A stretch of 64,000 nt of DNA from an uncultured bacterium (GTDB taxonomy: Bacteria > Omnitrophota > Omnitrophia > Omnitrophales > Aquincolibacteriaceae): NCBI GenBank assembly GCA_964445745.1, contig CAYULU010000002.1:5864-69863 (forward strand), read 5' to 3'. Below are positions 19,539 through 30,108 of the stretch, one piece after another. A program made the translations under genes and the position numbers. The notes beneath the pieces are model-generated. The model did no database searches. It saw only the letters and a program-made list of their open reading frames with translations, and was not told the DNA's origin. How positions within the stretch are numbered: position 1 is the stretch's first letter; every line of letters begins with the position of its first letter.

Positions 19539-20963
19539 TCAATACTTATAGTGTTCGGGCTTGTAGGGACCTGCCAGGGGCACGCCAATATAATCGGCCT
19601 GCTTCCTTGTTAGTTGAGTCAACTTCGCCCCGAGTTTGTCCAGATGAAGCCGAGCCACCTCTTCGTCCAATTTCTTTTCCAGGCGATAGACGCCGGGTTC
19701 ACGGCGGTTACGGACAAGGTCAATCTGCGCCAGAGTCTGGTTTGTGAAGGAATTTGACATCACAAAACTAGGATGCCCCGTCGCACACCCAAGATTGACA
19801 AGACGCCCTTGAGCCAGCAAGATGATCGAGTGGCCGTCTGGAAATACATATTTGTCGACCTGCGGCTTAATATTGACCCTTTTAATTCGAGGCCATTTTT
19901 CAAGCTGACCAACCTGAATTTCGTTATCAAAATGTCCAATATTGCAGACAATCGACTCGTCTTTCATTTTGGACATGTGCTCGGCCGTAATGACATCCAC
20001 ATTACCCGTGGTCGTCACAAAAATGTCCGCGAGGCCCAGGACGTCTTCAAGTCGTGCCACCTGAAAACCCGCCATCGCCGCCTGCAGAGCACAAATCGGA
20101 TCAATCTCCGTTACGATCACTCTTGCCTTTAATGCGGCCATGGACTGCGCACTTCCTTTTCCCACATCACCATACCCACAGATCACGACTACCTTTCCGG
20201 CGACCATCACGTCCGTCGCACGCTTAATTCCATCCGCTAAGGATTCGCGGCAACCGTAAAGGTTGTCGAACTTGGATTTTGTAACAGAGTCATTAACGTT
20301 GATCGCGGGAACAAGGAGTTTTCTTTCTTCGTGCATCTTATAGAGACGATGAACACCTGTGGTCGTCTCCTCCGAGACACCTTCCCACTCCTTCACCACC
20401 CCGTACCATTTTTTGGGATTAGCTTTAAGGTTTTGCCTCAGGATTTTATAAAGCTCTACTTCATCCTGCGTTTCAACCTTCTTATCAAGCAATTTCGGAT
20501 TTTGCTCAGACTCATATCCCAGGTGAACCATCAAGGTTGCGTCGCCCCCGTCATCCACAATCAGGTTCGGCCCTTTACCGCCCGGGAAGGTCAGCGCCTG
20601 AATCGTGCACCACCAGTATTCCGCAAGAGTTTCACCCTTCCAGGCAAACACCGGGATCCCACGTGTTGCAATCGCGGCCGCCGCATGATCCTGGGTGGAA
20701 AAAATATTACAAGAGCACCACCGGACGTCAGCCCCGAGTTCCACGAGAGTCTCAATCAAAACGGCGGTCTGGATCGTCATATGAAGACTCCCCATAATCC
20801 GTTTCCCTTTGAGCGGTTTTTCAGGCCCGTATTTCCTGCGGGTCGCCATCAAACCCGGCATTTCCTTCTCAGCCATTTCGATTTCTTTACGGCCCCAATC
20901 CGCCAGAGAAAGATCTGCCACCTTAAAATCTTTTATTTTTCCTGATACTTTTTTCTTTTTCAT
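19539..20963 (-). CDS. ahcY: Adenosylhomocysteinase
   Basis: 474 aa. Conserved [14 protein letters not shown] and [11 protein letters not shown] motif. Confidence 0.95.
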   Translation of the reverse strand: MKKKKVSGKIKDFKVADLSLADWGRKEIEMAEKEMPGLMATRRKYGPEKPLKGKRIMGSLHMTIQTAVLIETLVELGADVRWCSCNIFSTQDHAAAAIATRGIPVFAWKGETLAEYWWCTIQALTFPGGKGPNLIVDDGGDATLMVHLGYESEQNPKLLDKKVETQDEVELYKILRQNLKANPKKWYGVVKEWEGVSEETTTGVHRLYKMHEERKLLVPAINVNDSVTKSKFDNLYGCRESLADGIKRATDVMVAGKVVVICGYGDVGKGSAQSMAALKARVIVTEIDPICALQAAMAGFQVARLEDVLGLADIFVTTTGNVDVITAEHMSKMKDESIVCNIGHFDNEIQVGQLEKWPRIKRVNIKPQVDKYVFPDGHSIILLAQGRLVNLGCATGHPSFVMSNSFTNQTLAQIDLVRNRREPGVYRLEKKLDEEVARLHLDKLGAKLTQLTRKQADYIGVPLAGPYKPEHYKY

Positions 20964-20988
20964 TTTTTTACCTTTGGTCGGGTTGTAA

Positions 20989-22176
20989 TTAACAGGACAT
21001 TGCCCCTTTGCAACAGGAACACCCCTCTTTAAGCTTCAAGACTTTCCGAAGGGCATCAACCTTGTCGGTTTTCTCCCAGGTAAATCCGGCCTCGGAGCGT
21101 CCGAAATGGCCGTAGGCGGCCGTCTTGTTATAGATCGGACGAAGAAGATCAAGTGTTTTGATAATGCCTCTCGGTGTAAAGTCAAAAACTTTTTGCACAG
21201 CATCCACGATCGCTTCCTCGCTGACCCGGCTGGTCCCAAAAGTGTCGACTCGGATCGAAACAGGTTTGGCTACACCAATCGCATAGGAAACCTGTATTTC
21301 GCAACTTCCGGCAAGACCTGCCGCCACAATATTCTTTGCCACATACCGCGCAAAATAAGCGGCAGAGCGGTCAACTTTGGACGGATCTTTTCCGCTAAAA
21401 GCACCGCCTCCGTGACGGCCCATACCTCCGTAGGTGTCCACGATAATCTTGCGGCCCGTAAGCCCCGTATCACCGTGCGGTCCACCCACTTCAAAACGTC
21501 CGGTAGGGTTGATGTAAATTTTGGTCTTTGAATCCAGCAATTCGGCTGGGATCACTTTCTTGATCACTTTTTCGGTCAAGTCCTTCTGGATGGTGGGAAG
21601 ATCCACGTCTCCGTCATGCTGGGAGGAAAGCACCACAGCCTCCACACGAACTGGTTTTTCATTTTTGTATTCAATAGTGACCTGGCTTTTTGAATCAGGC
21701 CGGAGATACTTAATCTTTCCGGATTTCCGAACCGCCGCAAGATAGCGAACCAGCTTCTGCGCCATCATGATCGGAAGCGGCATCAGTTCTTTCGTTTCAT
21801 CCGTTGCATAGCCAAACATCATACCCTGATCGCCAGCACCACCAGTGTCCACTCCCATCGCAATATCCGGAGATTGCGTATGAAGGGCAACATCAATTTT
21901 ACAGGTTTTGTAATCAAATCCGATCGTGGAATCCACATACCCAATCTTTCTGATGACATGACGGGCCACTTTTTCAGCGTCCACTTTCCCCTTACTTGTA
22001 ATTTCACCGGCAATCGTCAACCGATCCGTGGTAGCCAAACATTCGCAGGCAACACGGGAACTCGGGTCCTGTGCTAAATAAGCATCGAGAATAGCGTCCG
22101 AAACCTGGTCACAAACCTTATCCGGATGTCCCTCAGAGACCGATTCGGAAGTGAAGAAATAATTCCCTTTTTTCAT
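20989..22176 (-). CDS. metK: S-adenosylmethionine synthetase, with a short Cys-rich C-terminal tail
   Basis: 395 aa. [17 protein letters not shown] and GGGAFSGKD motifs. Ends ...[16 protein letters not shown]. Confidence 0.95.
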   Translation of the reverse strand: MKKGNYFFTSESVSEGHPDKVCDQVSDAILDAYLAQDPSSRVACECLATTDRLTIAGEITSKGKVDAEKVARHVIRKIGYVDSTIGFDYKTCKIDVALHTQSPDIAMGVDTGGAGDQGMMFGYATDETKELMPLPIMMAQKLVRYLAAVRKSGKIKYLRPDSKSQVTIEYKNEKPVRVEAVVLSSQHDGDVDLPTIQKDLTEKVIKKVIPAELLDSKTKIYINPTGRFEVGGPHGDTGLTGRKIIVDTYGGMGRHGGGAFSGKDPSKVDRSAAYFARYVAKNIVAAGLAGSCEIQVSYAIGVAKPVSIRVDTFGTSRVSEEAIVDAVQKVFDFTPRGIIKTLDLLRPIYNKTAAYGHFGRSEAGFTWEKTDKVDALRKVLKLKEGCSCCKGAMSC

Positions 22177-22232
22177 TTTGTTACTCCTTCTTAATTGAGT
22201 TGATGCCCCCAGAATGAATTTTCTGCGGGATC

Positions 22233-22970
22233 TTAATTGACGATGTCGTTCGCTTTCTGGTAGGAGGCGAGATCACCGATATCCAGCCATTTCCCCTCCA
22301 GGGGAAACGCGTAAAGGCCCGATTTCTCGGCGAGCCACCGCATATAATGCCCAGGCTGGTCCGTATTATGACCTCCCTTAATATAAGTGTCAAGAAGCCC
22401 CCAGATTTCCTTCGGGAGCCAATAGATACCGCTAGAAGCGAGTGTCGTCTTGGGTTCCTCAGGTTTTTCTTGAAACTCAACGATCTTCCCGTCCTCCCGG
22501 GTTCTCACCAATCCGTAACGTCTCGCAAGTTCTTTATCTTTTACATCATAAACAGCTATCACCCCGTGAGGCCGAACCTTGTTTCCGTATTCCATAAAAG
22601 AACCCAGATCAAAATCGAAAAAATTGTCCCCCGCAATGACCATAAGATCGTCCGGCTCAAGATTTCTCGTGCGGATCACAAACGCGAGATCCCCGATCGC
22701 ACCCAGCCGAGTCTCGTTGTTGGAGGTGTGGTCATTCACCACATCAACAGGCCAAGGGTATTGGGCATGCTTCGCCCAGGCTTCAAAATGCTCCGCAAAT
22801 TTTTCATTGCTAACGAGATGGACAGATTCAACCCCTCCCATTTTCGAAACCCGCTCGAGGATCCACTCAAGAATAGGTCGTCCGCCAACGGGCAGAAGAG
22901 GTTTCGGTTGATTCTCGGTCAACGGATAGAGTCGGGTGGCATATCCTGCGCAAAGCAAAACAACTTTCAT
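22233..22970 (-). CDS. Sugar-1-phosphate nucleotidyltransferase (NTP_transferase family)
   Basis: 245 aa. The N-terminal [29 protein letters not shown] motif is typical of the family. Sugar specificity is not determinable from sequence. Confidence 0.8.
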   Translation of the reverse strand: MKVVLLCAGYATRLYPLTENQPKPLLPVGGRPILEWILERVSKMGGVESVHLVSNEKFAEHFEAWAKHAQYPWPVDVVNDHTSNNETRLGAIGDLAFVIRTRNLEPDDLMVIAGDNFFDFDLGSFMEYGNKVRPHGVIAVYDVKDKELARRYGLVRTREDGKIVEFQEKPEEPKTTLASSGIYWLPKEIWGLLDTYIKGGHNTDQPGHYMRWLAEKSGLYAFPLEGKWLDIGDLASYQKANDIVN

Positions 22971-23069
22971 ATTCTTTTTTAACCTCGCATCAGCACTTCA
23001 AAATATTTATGGAGTTGCCGCAAATTATTTCATCCGCGATCCACCTGCAACAGTCCCACGGTCTACGTT

Positions 23070-24053
23070 CTAAACAGAGTGGACTGCTTTTTTAATCCGA
23101 TCAATAACGCATATCGCCATGGGATCAATCTTGTAGAGATTCGCGAGTTCACAGCTCGCCCAGTCTCCCAGCATGACCATAGAAAAAATTCTCCCAAGAA
23201 CACCGCTACCAGAAGCCTTGATCTCAATGGCCTCAGCACCATGTTCGCGAATGGCATGCATCGCGACTTTTTTCTTTTTCCTTAGCCAATCCGGTTCATT
23301 CTTGTCCGCAAGAAAAATGGCCACCGAACGATTCACCTTAAACCTGGGAAAGATCCACCCTTCCACCTCATGATGAAACATTTCAGGCAAAGCCTCGCAG
23401 GAAACAAGAGTTTTTGCATTTTCCGCAAATTGGGTACGCCAACGCAACGCAACCGGCTGCATCAGACCTCCGCCATAGACTACAATATTTTTCTGGAAAA
23501 GTTTTTTGGCCAGTATCTTTGCCTGACCCTTGGGATACTGTGCTGTCAGACGGATCACTTCCCGAATTTCTTGCGCGGTCACGGAAAACCACCGATAGCG
23601 TATAAAAAGGAAAAGAAGCGCAAACGTTCCGTACCCAATCGCAAATCTCGGCGGATATCCCTGGGGAAGTCTGAAAAAGGGGATCTTTCGCTGAATCGCT
23701 TCTTCGGCCAGCCGCCCCCCCGAAGCCACCAAGAGAAAATGAGCCTTCCTCGCAACGGCCTGTTTAAAAATAGATTCGACCTCATGGGTATTCCCCGAAT
23801 AACTTGAGAGGATGACAATCGTTTTAGAGTCAACCCACTGAGGAAGACGAGCCGTCCGGTTCACCGTCCAGTGGATTCGCGACCGGCTCTGTGCAATCGT
23901 CCCCAGAATATCGCCGCTGATCGCCGAGCCACCCATCCCGCAAAAAAGCACTTTGGCCGGGCGCTTGACGAAGGTGTCAGGCAGTTTGACTCCGGACGCA
24001 ATACTTTTGGCCTTCCTGATTTGATTGGAAAGATCTTTAAGATAAATTTCCAT
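23070..24053 (-). CDS. SIS-domain bifunctional phosphoglucose/phosphomannose isomerase-like protein
   Basis: Start trimmed to MEIYLKDL. SIS motif FCGMGGSAISGDIL. Length and C-terminal region resemble the PGI/PMI family. Confidence 0.75.
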   Translation of the reverse strand: MEIYLKDLSNQIRKAKSIASGVKLPDTFVKRPAKVLFCGMGGSAISGDILGTIAQSRSRIHWTVNRTARLPQWVDSKTIVILSSYSGNTHEVESIFKQAVARKAHFLLVASGGRLAEEAIQRKIPFFRLPQGYPPRFAIGYGTFALLFLFIRYRWFSVTAQEIREVIRLTAQYPKGQAKILAKKLFQKNIVVYGGGLMQPVALRWRTQFAENAKTLVSCEALPEMFHHEVEGWIFPRFKVNRSVAIFLADKNEPDWLRKKKKVAMHAIREHGAEAIEIKASGSGVLGRIFSMVMLGDWASCELANLYKIDPMAICVIDRIKKAVHSV

Positions 24054-24061
24054 GCTTTTGA

Positions 24062-25810
24062 TTATTCTTCCGCCAGGTCCCTGCAAATATCCTTGAGTTT
24101 TTCATTGAGAAATTGATCGATTTCTCTCCCAGTCGGCAGACTGAGCGCTTTTTGAGCAATCTCCCGAGCATCAGAATATTTGATCGAACGAATAGCTTTT
24201 TTGATCTTGGGCAACACAACGGGGCTCGCGCTAATCTCATCAATCCCGAGGCCAAGAAGAAGGATCGCGATTTTAGGATCCGCGGACATCTCTCCGCAAC
24301 TTCCGACCCAGATTTTGCTACGATGACCATTGTTAATAGTCATTTCAATAAGTCGCAGAATAGCCGGATGCGTAGGCTCATACAAGTAAGCAATCTTTTC
24401 GTTCATGCGGTCGATCGCAAGAACATATTGAATAAGGTCATTCGTCCCAAGGGAGAAAAAATTAACTTCTTGAGCAAGGACATCGCTCGCAAGAGCCGCG
24501 GACGGAATTTCGATCATGGCGCCAACTTCAATCTGTCTGTTAAACGGCTTTCCTTCCCGTTCCAGTTCCGCCATCGACAGATCCAACAGCTCCCTGGACT
24601 CCCGAATTTCATAAACACTCGAAATCATCGGATACATGATCTTGACATTCCCGTGAGCACTTGCACGGAGAATGGCCCGTATTTGAGTCTTAAAAATATC
24701 CTTCCGCGTCAGACAGAAACGTATCGCACGCCACCCAAGATAGGGGTTCATTTCGTGGGGGATTTCAAGGGTTGAAGCAAATTTGTCGCCGCCCAAATCC
24801 AATGTGCGAATAATCACGGCACGGGGGCTGATCGTCTCCGCCACTTTCCGGTAAGCCTCATATTGTTCTTCTTCGGTCGGGAGTGCGGTCCGGTTCATGT
24901 AAAGATATTCTGTCCGGTAAAGCCCCACCCCTTCCGCGCCATGCGAGATGACGGAAGCTACTTCGTGGTGAAACTCAATATTGGCCCCAAGCGTGATTCG
25001 CTTTCCGTCCAACGTCTCGGTCGGAAGATCCTTGAGCTTTTCCAGTTCACCGGAAATCTGGACAAACCGATTGCCCTCGGATGTAAACTTGTCCATCGTG
25101 GCCTGATCAGGATCGGCCACCACAATCCCATGGGTACCGTCAACAATCACGGTCATCCCGTTGTCAATCTCACTGATGATTTTTTCCGTCCCGACCACCG
25201 CAGGAATTTCAAGTGACCGGCCGAGAATTGCGGTATGAGAAGTCGGGCCACCAATTTCCGTCACGAACGCCAGCACCTTAGATTTATCGAGGGTCGCCGT
25301 GTCGGAAGGCGAAAGATCGTGAGAGATGATAATAACTTTTCCGGGGAACTCCTCAAGCCGCCGCTTTTCCTCACCGCAAAGATTGCCCAGAAGTCTTCGG
25401 CCAACATCCCGGATGTCCGAAATGCGTTCTTTAAGATACTCGTCGTTAATCTGGGAAAATGCCTGAAAATATCGTTGTATCACCGCGGCAAACGCGTATT
25501 CCGCAACACCTCGTTCGTTTTTAATAACCTCGATCACGTCTTCGATGAGAGTCCGGTCTTCCAGAATCAACAGATGCGCCGTAAAGATGTCCGAACTTTC
25601 ACGCCCAATCTGGTCCGAAAGTTTGCGGCGAATTCCAAGTATCTCGGTTCGTGTTCGAGTCAACGCTTCCTCAAAACGCGCAATCTCATTGGGGATCCGG
25701 TCCGGCGTAATCTCACGCTTCGGCAGATTAAATGATTCCCCGCTGTGGAGAACAAACACTTTAGCGATCGCAATCCCGGGAGATACGCCAACGCCTTTGA
25801 ACTCTTTCAT
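24062..25810 (-). CDS. ptsI: Phosphoenolpyruvate-protein phosphotransferase (PTS Enzyme I)
   Basis: 582 aa. Active-site TEIGGPTSHTAILGRSLEIPAVVG, LGTNDL and C-terminal PEP-utilising motifs. Confidence 0.95.
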   Translation of the reverse strand: MKEFKGVGVSPGIAIAKVFVLHSGESFNLPKREITPDRIPNEIARFEEALTRTRTEILGIRRKLSDQIGRESSDIFTAHLLILEDRTLIEDVIEVIKNERGVAEYAFAAVIQRYFQAFSQINDEYLKERISDIRDVGRRLLGNLCGEEKRRLEEFPGKVIIISHDLSPSDTATLDKSKVLAFVTEIGGPTSHTAILGRSLEIPAVVGTEKIISEIDNGMTVIVDGTHGIVVADPDQATMDKFTSEGNRFVQISGELEKLKDLPTETLDGKRITLGANIEFHHEVASVISHGAEGVGLYRTEYLYMNRTALPTEEEQYEAYRKVAETISPRAVIIRTLDLGGDKFASTLEIPHEMNPYLGWRAIRFCLTRKDIFKTQIRAILRASAHGNVKIMYPMISSVYEIRESRELLDLSMAELEREGKPFNRQIEVGAMIEIPSAALASDVLAQEVNFFSLGTNDLIQYVLAIDRMNEKIAYLYEPTHPAILRLIEMTINNGHRSKIWVGSCGEMSADPKIAILLLGLGIDEISASPVVLPKIKKAIRSIKYSDAREIAQKALSLPTGREIDQFLNEKLKDICRDLAEE

Positions 25811-25813
25811 CGT

Positions 25814-26125
25814 TTATTCTCCAAAGTTAGTTTCAACAAGTTTCATCAGCGCATCCACGGCCGCCGACGCGTCTTTGCCGGACGCGGTCACCTTGATCGT
25901 CGAGCCCATCTCCGCCGCCAAGGTCATAATGCCCATAATGGATTTACCGTCCACGTTCATATCATCTTTTTGAATTTCAATCGCCGCATCAAATCGATTC
26001 GCGGTTTGGACAAATAATGCCGCAGGACGAGCATGCAGACCGAGCTTGTTGGTGATCACAAGATCTTTTTCAACCCGCCCTATTTCTCTCCGCCCCTTTA
26101 AGGACTTCCGTCCCGGCATTTTCAT
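25814..26125 (-). CDS. ptsH: Phosphocarrier protein HPr/NPr
   Basis: GLHARPAA His-15 motif and GKSIMGIM Ser-46 region. About 15 aa of N-terminal extension if the 26125 start is used (ATGA overlap with yvcK). Confidence 0.85.
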   Translation of the reverse strand: MKMPGRKSLKGRREIGRVEKDLVITNKLGLHARPAALFVQTANRFDAAIEIQKDDMNVDGKSIMGIMTLAAEMGSTIKVTASGKDASAAVDALMKLVETNFGE

Positions 26126-27381
26126 CCCCTTAATTTTTTTTCATTTTTCATGTAATGATCGACAATCGATTTCATAATCTTCTCAGCGTCGTGCCGCACT
26201 TGGCCATCGGATTTCAGGACTTCATCCGTCACCAGTTCATAACCTTTGTCCAGGATTTTATCAAGATCAAGCTTCACCGGAAGCGCCCCCACCTCACGGT
26301 AGCGCTGAAAAAGCGGCTCGGGAATTTTTGCCGTATTGACATAAACCGCATCGACAATGCGCGGGTCAGTGTGCTCGATGATGGTTCGCAAATGGTCCCA
26401 CGCACTGAAATCCGCTGTCTCGCCCGGCTGGGTCATGGCATTACAGATATAAACCTTATAGGCATCCGAATTCAAAATGGAGTCCCGGATGTCTTGAATC
26501 AAAAGGTTGGGCAAAATACTCGTATAAAGACTTCCGGGGCCCATAATGACAAGATCGGCGGACGATATCGCATCCAAGGCTTCTGGGCACGCCTTGCAAT
26601 CATCTGGTTTCAGATGAATACTCCTCAGCGGCTTGCAGGCTCCCGTAATATTCGTCTCTCCTTCCTGGCGAGTCCCATCCGTGAACTCCCCCACCAAAGT
26701 GACCTTATCAATAGTGGAAGGCAGTACCCGCCCGCGAATCGCAAGCACTTTACTTGACTCAGCAATAGCTTTCTCAAAATCCCCGGTGACCATCGAGAGG
26801 GCCGTGATAAACAGGTTGCCGAAGCTGTGTCCCTTAAGCCCTTCACCCGTCACAAAACGGTACTGAAACAGATCCCGAATCAGAGGGCCAGCGTCGGCAA
26901 GCGCCACAAGACAGTTCCGGATATCACCTGGAGGTAACATATCCATTTCGTCACGAAGTCGGCCCGAGCTTCCGCCCGTGTCCGTCACTGTCACAATCGC
27001 CGTGATGTTGCTGGTAAAATGTTTAATGCCTTCCAGCATGGTACTGAGCCCCGTACCACCTCCGATCGCAACCACCCGAGGCCCGCGCAAAAGCGACTCT
27101 GCCTGACGCTTCTGGTAAACAATATCCACAAGCCGTCCATCGCGATGAAGCGGCATAAGGGCGCGGACAAAAATGCGAACCATATTTTTGATCGATGTAT
27201 AGATAAGAAAAATTCCAAAAATCAGCACCGCCGTAGCAAACGAAGCCTGAACCACACTCGTCTTTGCAATCGTCTTCACCGTCAAAAGTGCCACCATCAC
27301 AAGGAGAGTGAGACCGATCACGCATACGATGATCCAGCGCTTGATACCAATTCCGGGATAGAACCACTTGAAGAATTGCAT
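26122..27381 (-). CDS. YvcK/CofD-like gluconeogenesis-factor family protein with a transmembrane N-terminal extension
   Basis: 419 aa. VVAIGGGTGLSTML motif and a YvcK-like core, preceded by about 90 aa containing two hydrophobic helices. Confidence 0.85.
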   Translation of the reverse strand: MQFFKWFYPGIGIKRWIIVCVIGLTLLVMVALLTVKTIAKTSVVQASFATAVLIFGIFLIYTSIKNMVRIFVRALMPLHRDGRLVDIVYQKRQAESLLRGPRVVAIGGGTGLSTMLEGIKHFTSNITAIVTVTDTGGSSGRLRDEMDMLPPGDIRNCLVALADAGPLIRDLFQYRFVTGEGLKGHSFGNLFITALSMVTGDFEKAIAESSKVLAIRGRVLPSTIDKVTLVGEFTDGTRQEGETNITGACKPLRSIHLKPDDCKACPEALDAISSADLVIMGPGSLYTSILPNLLIQDIRDSILNSDAYKVYICNAMTQPGETADFSAWDHLRTIIEHTDPRIVDAVYVNTAKIPEPLFQRYREVGALPVKLDLDKILDKGYELVTDEVLKSDGQVRHDAEKIMKSIVDHYMKNEKKLRG

Positions 27382-27402
27382 TCGTGGACCTTAGGCCAGA
27401 TT

Positions 27403-27867
27403 TCAGACTTTGCGATTTTCTTCTTTGCTAATCAGTTCGAAAACATCCTTGGGGGTCTTGGCGCGGCGGAGAAGCTCGCAAAAATAAGAGTCCCGTAATA
27501 ACCTCGAAATCTGCGCAAGGGCCTTAAGATGGGGGCCTGCCGTGTCCTTCGGAGCAACCAGAAGAAAAAGAATATAGACAGGTTCACCGTCAAGGGCTTC
27601 GAAGTTCACACCTTTTTTGCTGATCCCAAGCACCGCAACCAGTCCATCGACCTTGTCGGTCTTGCCATGCGGAATGGCAATCCCCTGTCCGATTCCCGTG
27701 GAGCCGAGGTTTTCGCGCTCGATCAAAGCTTTCAGGATGGCCTTCTGATCGCCCACATCCTTGGTCTCCGCAAGAAGATCGACCATCTCGTGGAGAACAC
27801 CTTCCTTGTCCGTAGCCTCAAGCTCGAGTTTGATCCCTTTGATATTAAGAAAATCTGTGATCTTCAT
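27403..27867 (-). CDS. ptsN: PTS EIIA(Ntr)-type nitrogen regulatory protein
   Basis: Start trimmed to MKITDF, with an AAGGAGG RBS 8 nt upstream. GIAIPHGK active-site His motif. Confidence 0.85.
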   Translation of the reverse strand: MKITDFLNIKGIKLELEATDKEGVLHEMVDLLAETKDVGDQKAILKALIERENLGSTGIGQGIAIPHGKTDKVDGLVAVLGISKKGVNFEALDGEPVYILFLLVAPKDTAGPHLKALAQISRLLRDSYFCELLRRAKTPKDVFELISKEENRKV

Positions 27868-27898
27868 GCCCATGTCCTCCTTACGTACAAGTACGTTG

Positions 27899-28453
27899 TT
27901 AGAATTGCGGTTCAATAAGTCCGTGATCGCCATCCTTTCGCTGATAAAGGACGTTGACACTGTTCGTTGTAGGATTCAAAAAAACCAGAAACGATTCACC
28001 CGAGATTTCGAGCTGCAAACTGGCTTCTTCCGGCGACATCGGTTTCACAGCAAAATCTTCGGTGCTAACGATCCTCGGCCGTTTGCTTCCGAGAGCCAAT
28101 TCCGACTCCACCATTGCCTCGGCCGTGCGAACCGCACGCAAGGTGCTTTTTCCCTCTTTCTGGTGATGGTCCTTTTTCCGGGCCCAGTGTTTTTTAAGCT
28201 GTTTTACGACCCGGTCATAAGCATCATCCATGGACGCGAAAATATTTTCTTTCGACGAACCTTCTCCAAAAGCGCGCAGATCTTTGGCAAACACTGTAAT
28301 CTCGGCAACAAAAAGATATTTCACTTTTTTAAGAAAAACATGTGCTTCGATAATTTTCGGCACATATTTTTCAAGCTTGGGAAGCCGAGCCTCAAGATGT
28401 TCTTTCATACCCGTTGTGATTTTAAGATTTTGACCTGTGAAACGAATATCCAC
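27899..28453 (-). CDS. hpf: Ribosome hibernation promoting factor (long HPF)
   Basis: 184 aa. RaiA/HPF N-terminal domain (ITGQNLKIT...LEKY) plus the C-terminal dimerisation domain of long HPFs. Confidence 0.9.
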   Translation of the reverse strand: MDIRFTGQNLKITTGMKEHLEARLPKLEKYVPKIIEAHVFLKKVKYLFVAEITVFAKDLRAFGEGSSKENIFASMDDAYDRVVKQLKKHWARKKDHHQKEGKSTLRAVRTAEAMVESELALGSKRPRIVSTEDFAVKPMSPEEASLQLEISGESFLVFLNPTTNSVNVLYQRKDGDHGLIEPQF

Positions 28454-28494
28454 TGATAACCTCCTTGACGGTAATAAAAAGGAATGTTTCTAAA

Positions 28495-29220
28495 TTACGC
28501 CAGCGAGAACCTTTCGCCCAAATAAATTTCTCTCGCTTTGGCATCGTTGGCAAGAAACTCTGAGGTCCCCGAGACCTCGACCTTGCCCTCATAGAGCAAG
28601 TACGAACGGTCGGTAATCGAAAGAGTTTCCCGTACGCTGTGGTCGGTGAGAAGAATACTAAGGCCTTGAGCCTTCAATCTTTGAAGAATTTTCTGAACTT
28701 CAAAAACAGCGATCGGGTCCACCCCGCTGAAAGGCTCGTCCAGCAAAATCAGAGACGGGTTGGTGACAAGCGCCCGAGTAATCTCCAGCCGGCGACGCTC
28801 GCCCCCGGACAAGGTGTAAGCCTTGTTTTTGGCAAGGTAGGCAATGTCCAGATCATTCAGCAACCGTTTAAGACGCCGGTCGCGCTCTTCCTGCGAGATT
28901 TCCAGTGTCTCGAGGATCGCCATGATATTTTCTTCGACAGTCAATTTTCGAAAAATCGACGGTTCCTGGGAAAGATACCCGATCCCAAGTCGGGATCGCT
29001 CAAACATGGGAAGCTTCGTGATATCTTCTCCCCTAAAAAAAATTCCTCCCTCGTCGGGACGAATCACACCCACCACCATATAAAAGGTCGTCGTCTTTCC
29101 CGCTCCATTCGGGCCAAGAAGTCCCACGATCTCCCCCCGGGAGATCTGGATGTTAACACCCTTGACCACCATACGCCCCTTGTAACTTTTAACCAGTTTT
29201 CTTGTCTCAAGAAGATTCAT
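28495..29220 (-). CDS. lptB: LPS export ABC transporter ATP-binding protein
   Basis: 241 aa. GPNGAGKTT, LSGGERRRLEI and the LptB-typical C-terminus YLGERF. Confidence 0.9.
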   Translation of the reverse strand: MNLLETRKLVKSYKGRMVVKGVNIQISRGEIVGLLGPNGAGKTTTFYMVVGVIRPDEGGIFFRGEDITKLPMFERSRLGIGYLSQEPSIFRKLTVEENIMAILETLEISQEERDRRLKRLLNDLDIAYLAKNKAYTLSGGERRRLEITRALVTNPSLILLDEPFSGVDPIAVFEVQKILQRLKAQGLSILLTDHSVRETLSITDRSYLLYEGKVEVSGTSEFLANDAKAREIYLGERFSLA

Positions 29221-29223
29221 CGC

Positions 29224-30108
29224 TTAAAAAATTCCTTTCTCTAGTCCCTCCGGACTTTCACCGCCATAATAGAGAGCTTCCGTATCTCCGCCAAGAATAA
29301 TTCTTCCTTCTTCCGCAAGATAGATCACGCTGTCCGAAAATGTTTTGTTTCCGTCCGGATTTTCGATCACCACGTCTCCCACCGCGACAATCTTTGAGAC
29401 CCTGCGGCTGACTCGGTTATAGTAAACATCCATCATGTCTGCCGTGAGCTTCCCGCGACTATCCTGCGTCACGACGTTTTCCTTAAAATGAGCGATGTTT
29501 TTATCATAATCAATCACCAACGGACCGTCACAAGTAATGGTCGTAGGGCCAGAACTCTCCTCCTCGGAACTTTGGACGATCACAGTCACATTTTTTTTAA
29601 ATTTCACCTTCTTAAGCTGGGTGTCCGCGCGGGTCCCCAAACCTTCAACATTGATGTTATCTTTCTTGACCTGGGTATTAACCTCATTTTCAATGACATG
29701 CTGATCCGGATGCATGTCGAGCTCTTCGGTTAAAAGCCGCGTGCCATCTTCGGTGGTCGCCACCACGTTCTGCTCGATGTGAATGAGATTTTCCTTTTTA
29801 TCGTATCGCCCCTTGTCCGCCGTCACAGTCACAGGGACTTCTTCCGCATAAGCCTTGGCCATGACATTCATCAGATAAACCGTATCCGCCATAATGTCGG
29901 CCGAGTCGCCTTCGATCTCGATTTCTTTCTGACCTTCCGGGGTATATTTCGCAAACTGAAAGGAATAGACCTTATGAACAGAATCCTCCGCTTTTTCTCC
30001 CGTAACCTGTTTTGCTTTTTCCTGCCGGGTGATAACCACCTGAACCTGCACAAAAACCACATAAAAAGCAACAAGGGCTATAAATCCAACGATCAGTTTT
30101 TTTATCAT
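29224..30108 (-). CDS. LptC/LptA-family (OstA-like) periplasmic LPS transport protein, membrane anchored
   Basis: 294 aa. N-terminal transmembrane anchor followed by a long beta-rich region. Sits directly upstream of lptB. At about 1.5x the length of a single LptC or LptA, it may be a fused or duplicated beta-jellyroll. Confidence 0.5.
   Translation of the reverse strand: MIKKLIVGFIALVAFYVVFVQVQVVITRQEKAKQVTGEKAEDSVHKVYSFQFAKYTPEGQKEIEIEGDSADIMADTVYLMNVMAKAYAEEVPVTVTADKGRYDKKENLIHIEQNVVATTEDGTRLLTEELDMHPDQHVIENEVNTQVKKDNINVEGLGTRADTQLKKVKFKKNVTVIVQSSEEESSGPTTITCDGPLVIDYDKNIAHFKENVVTQDSRGKLTADMMDVYYNRVSRRVSKIVAVGDVVIENPDGNKTFSDSVIYLAEEGRIILGGDTEALYYGGESPEGLEKGIF

Noticed and set aside
22177-22232. 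A SAM riboswitch upstream of metK
   Set aside because: The spacer is only 56 nt, too short for an S-box or SAM-II element plus expression platform, and no conserved motifs were seen.
28454-28494. rpoN expected between lptB and hpf
   Set aside because: Only 41 nt separate the two genes, and no sigma-54-like ORF exists anywhere in the window.
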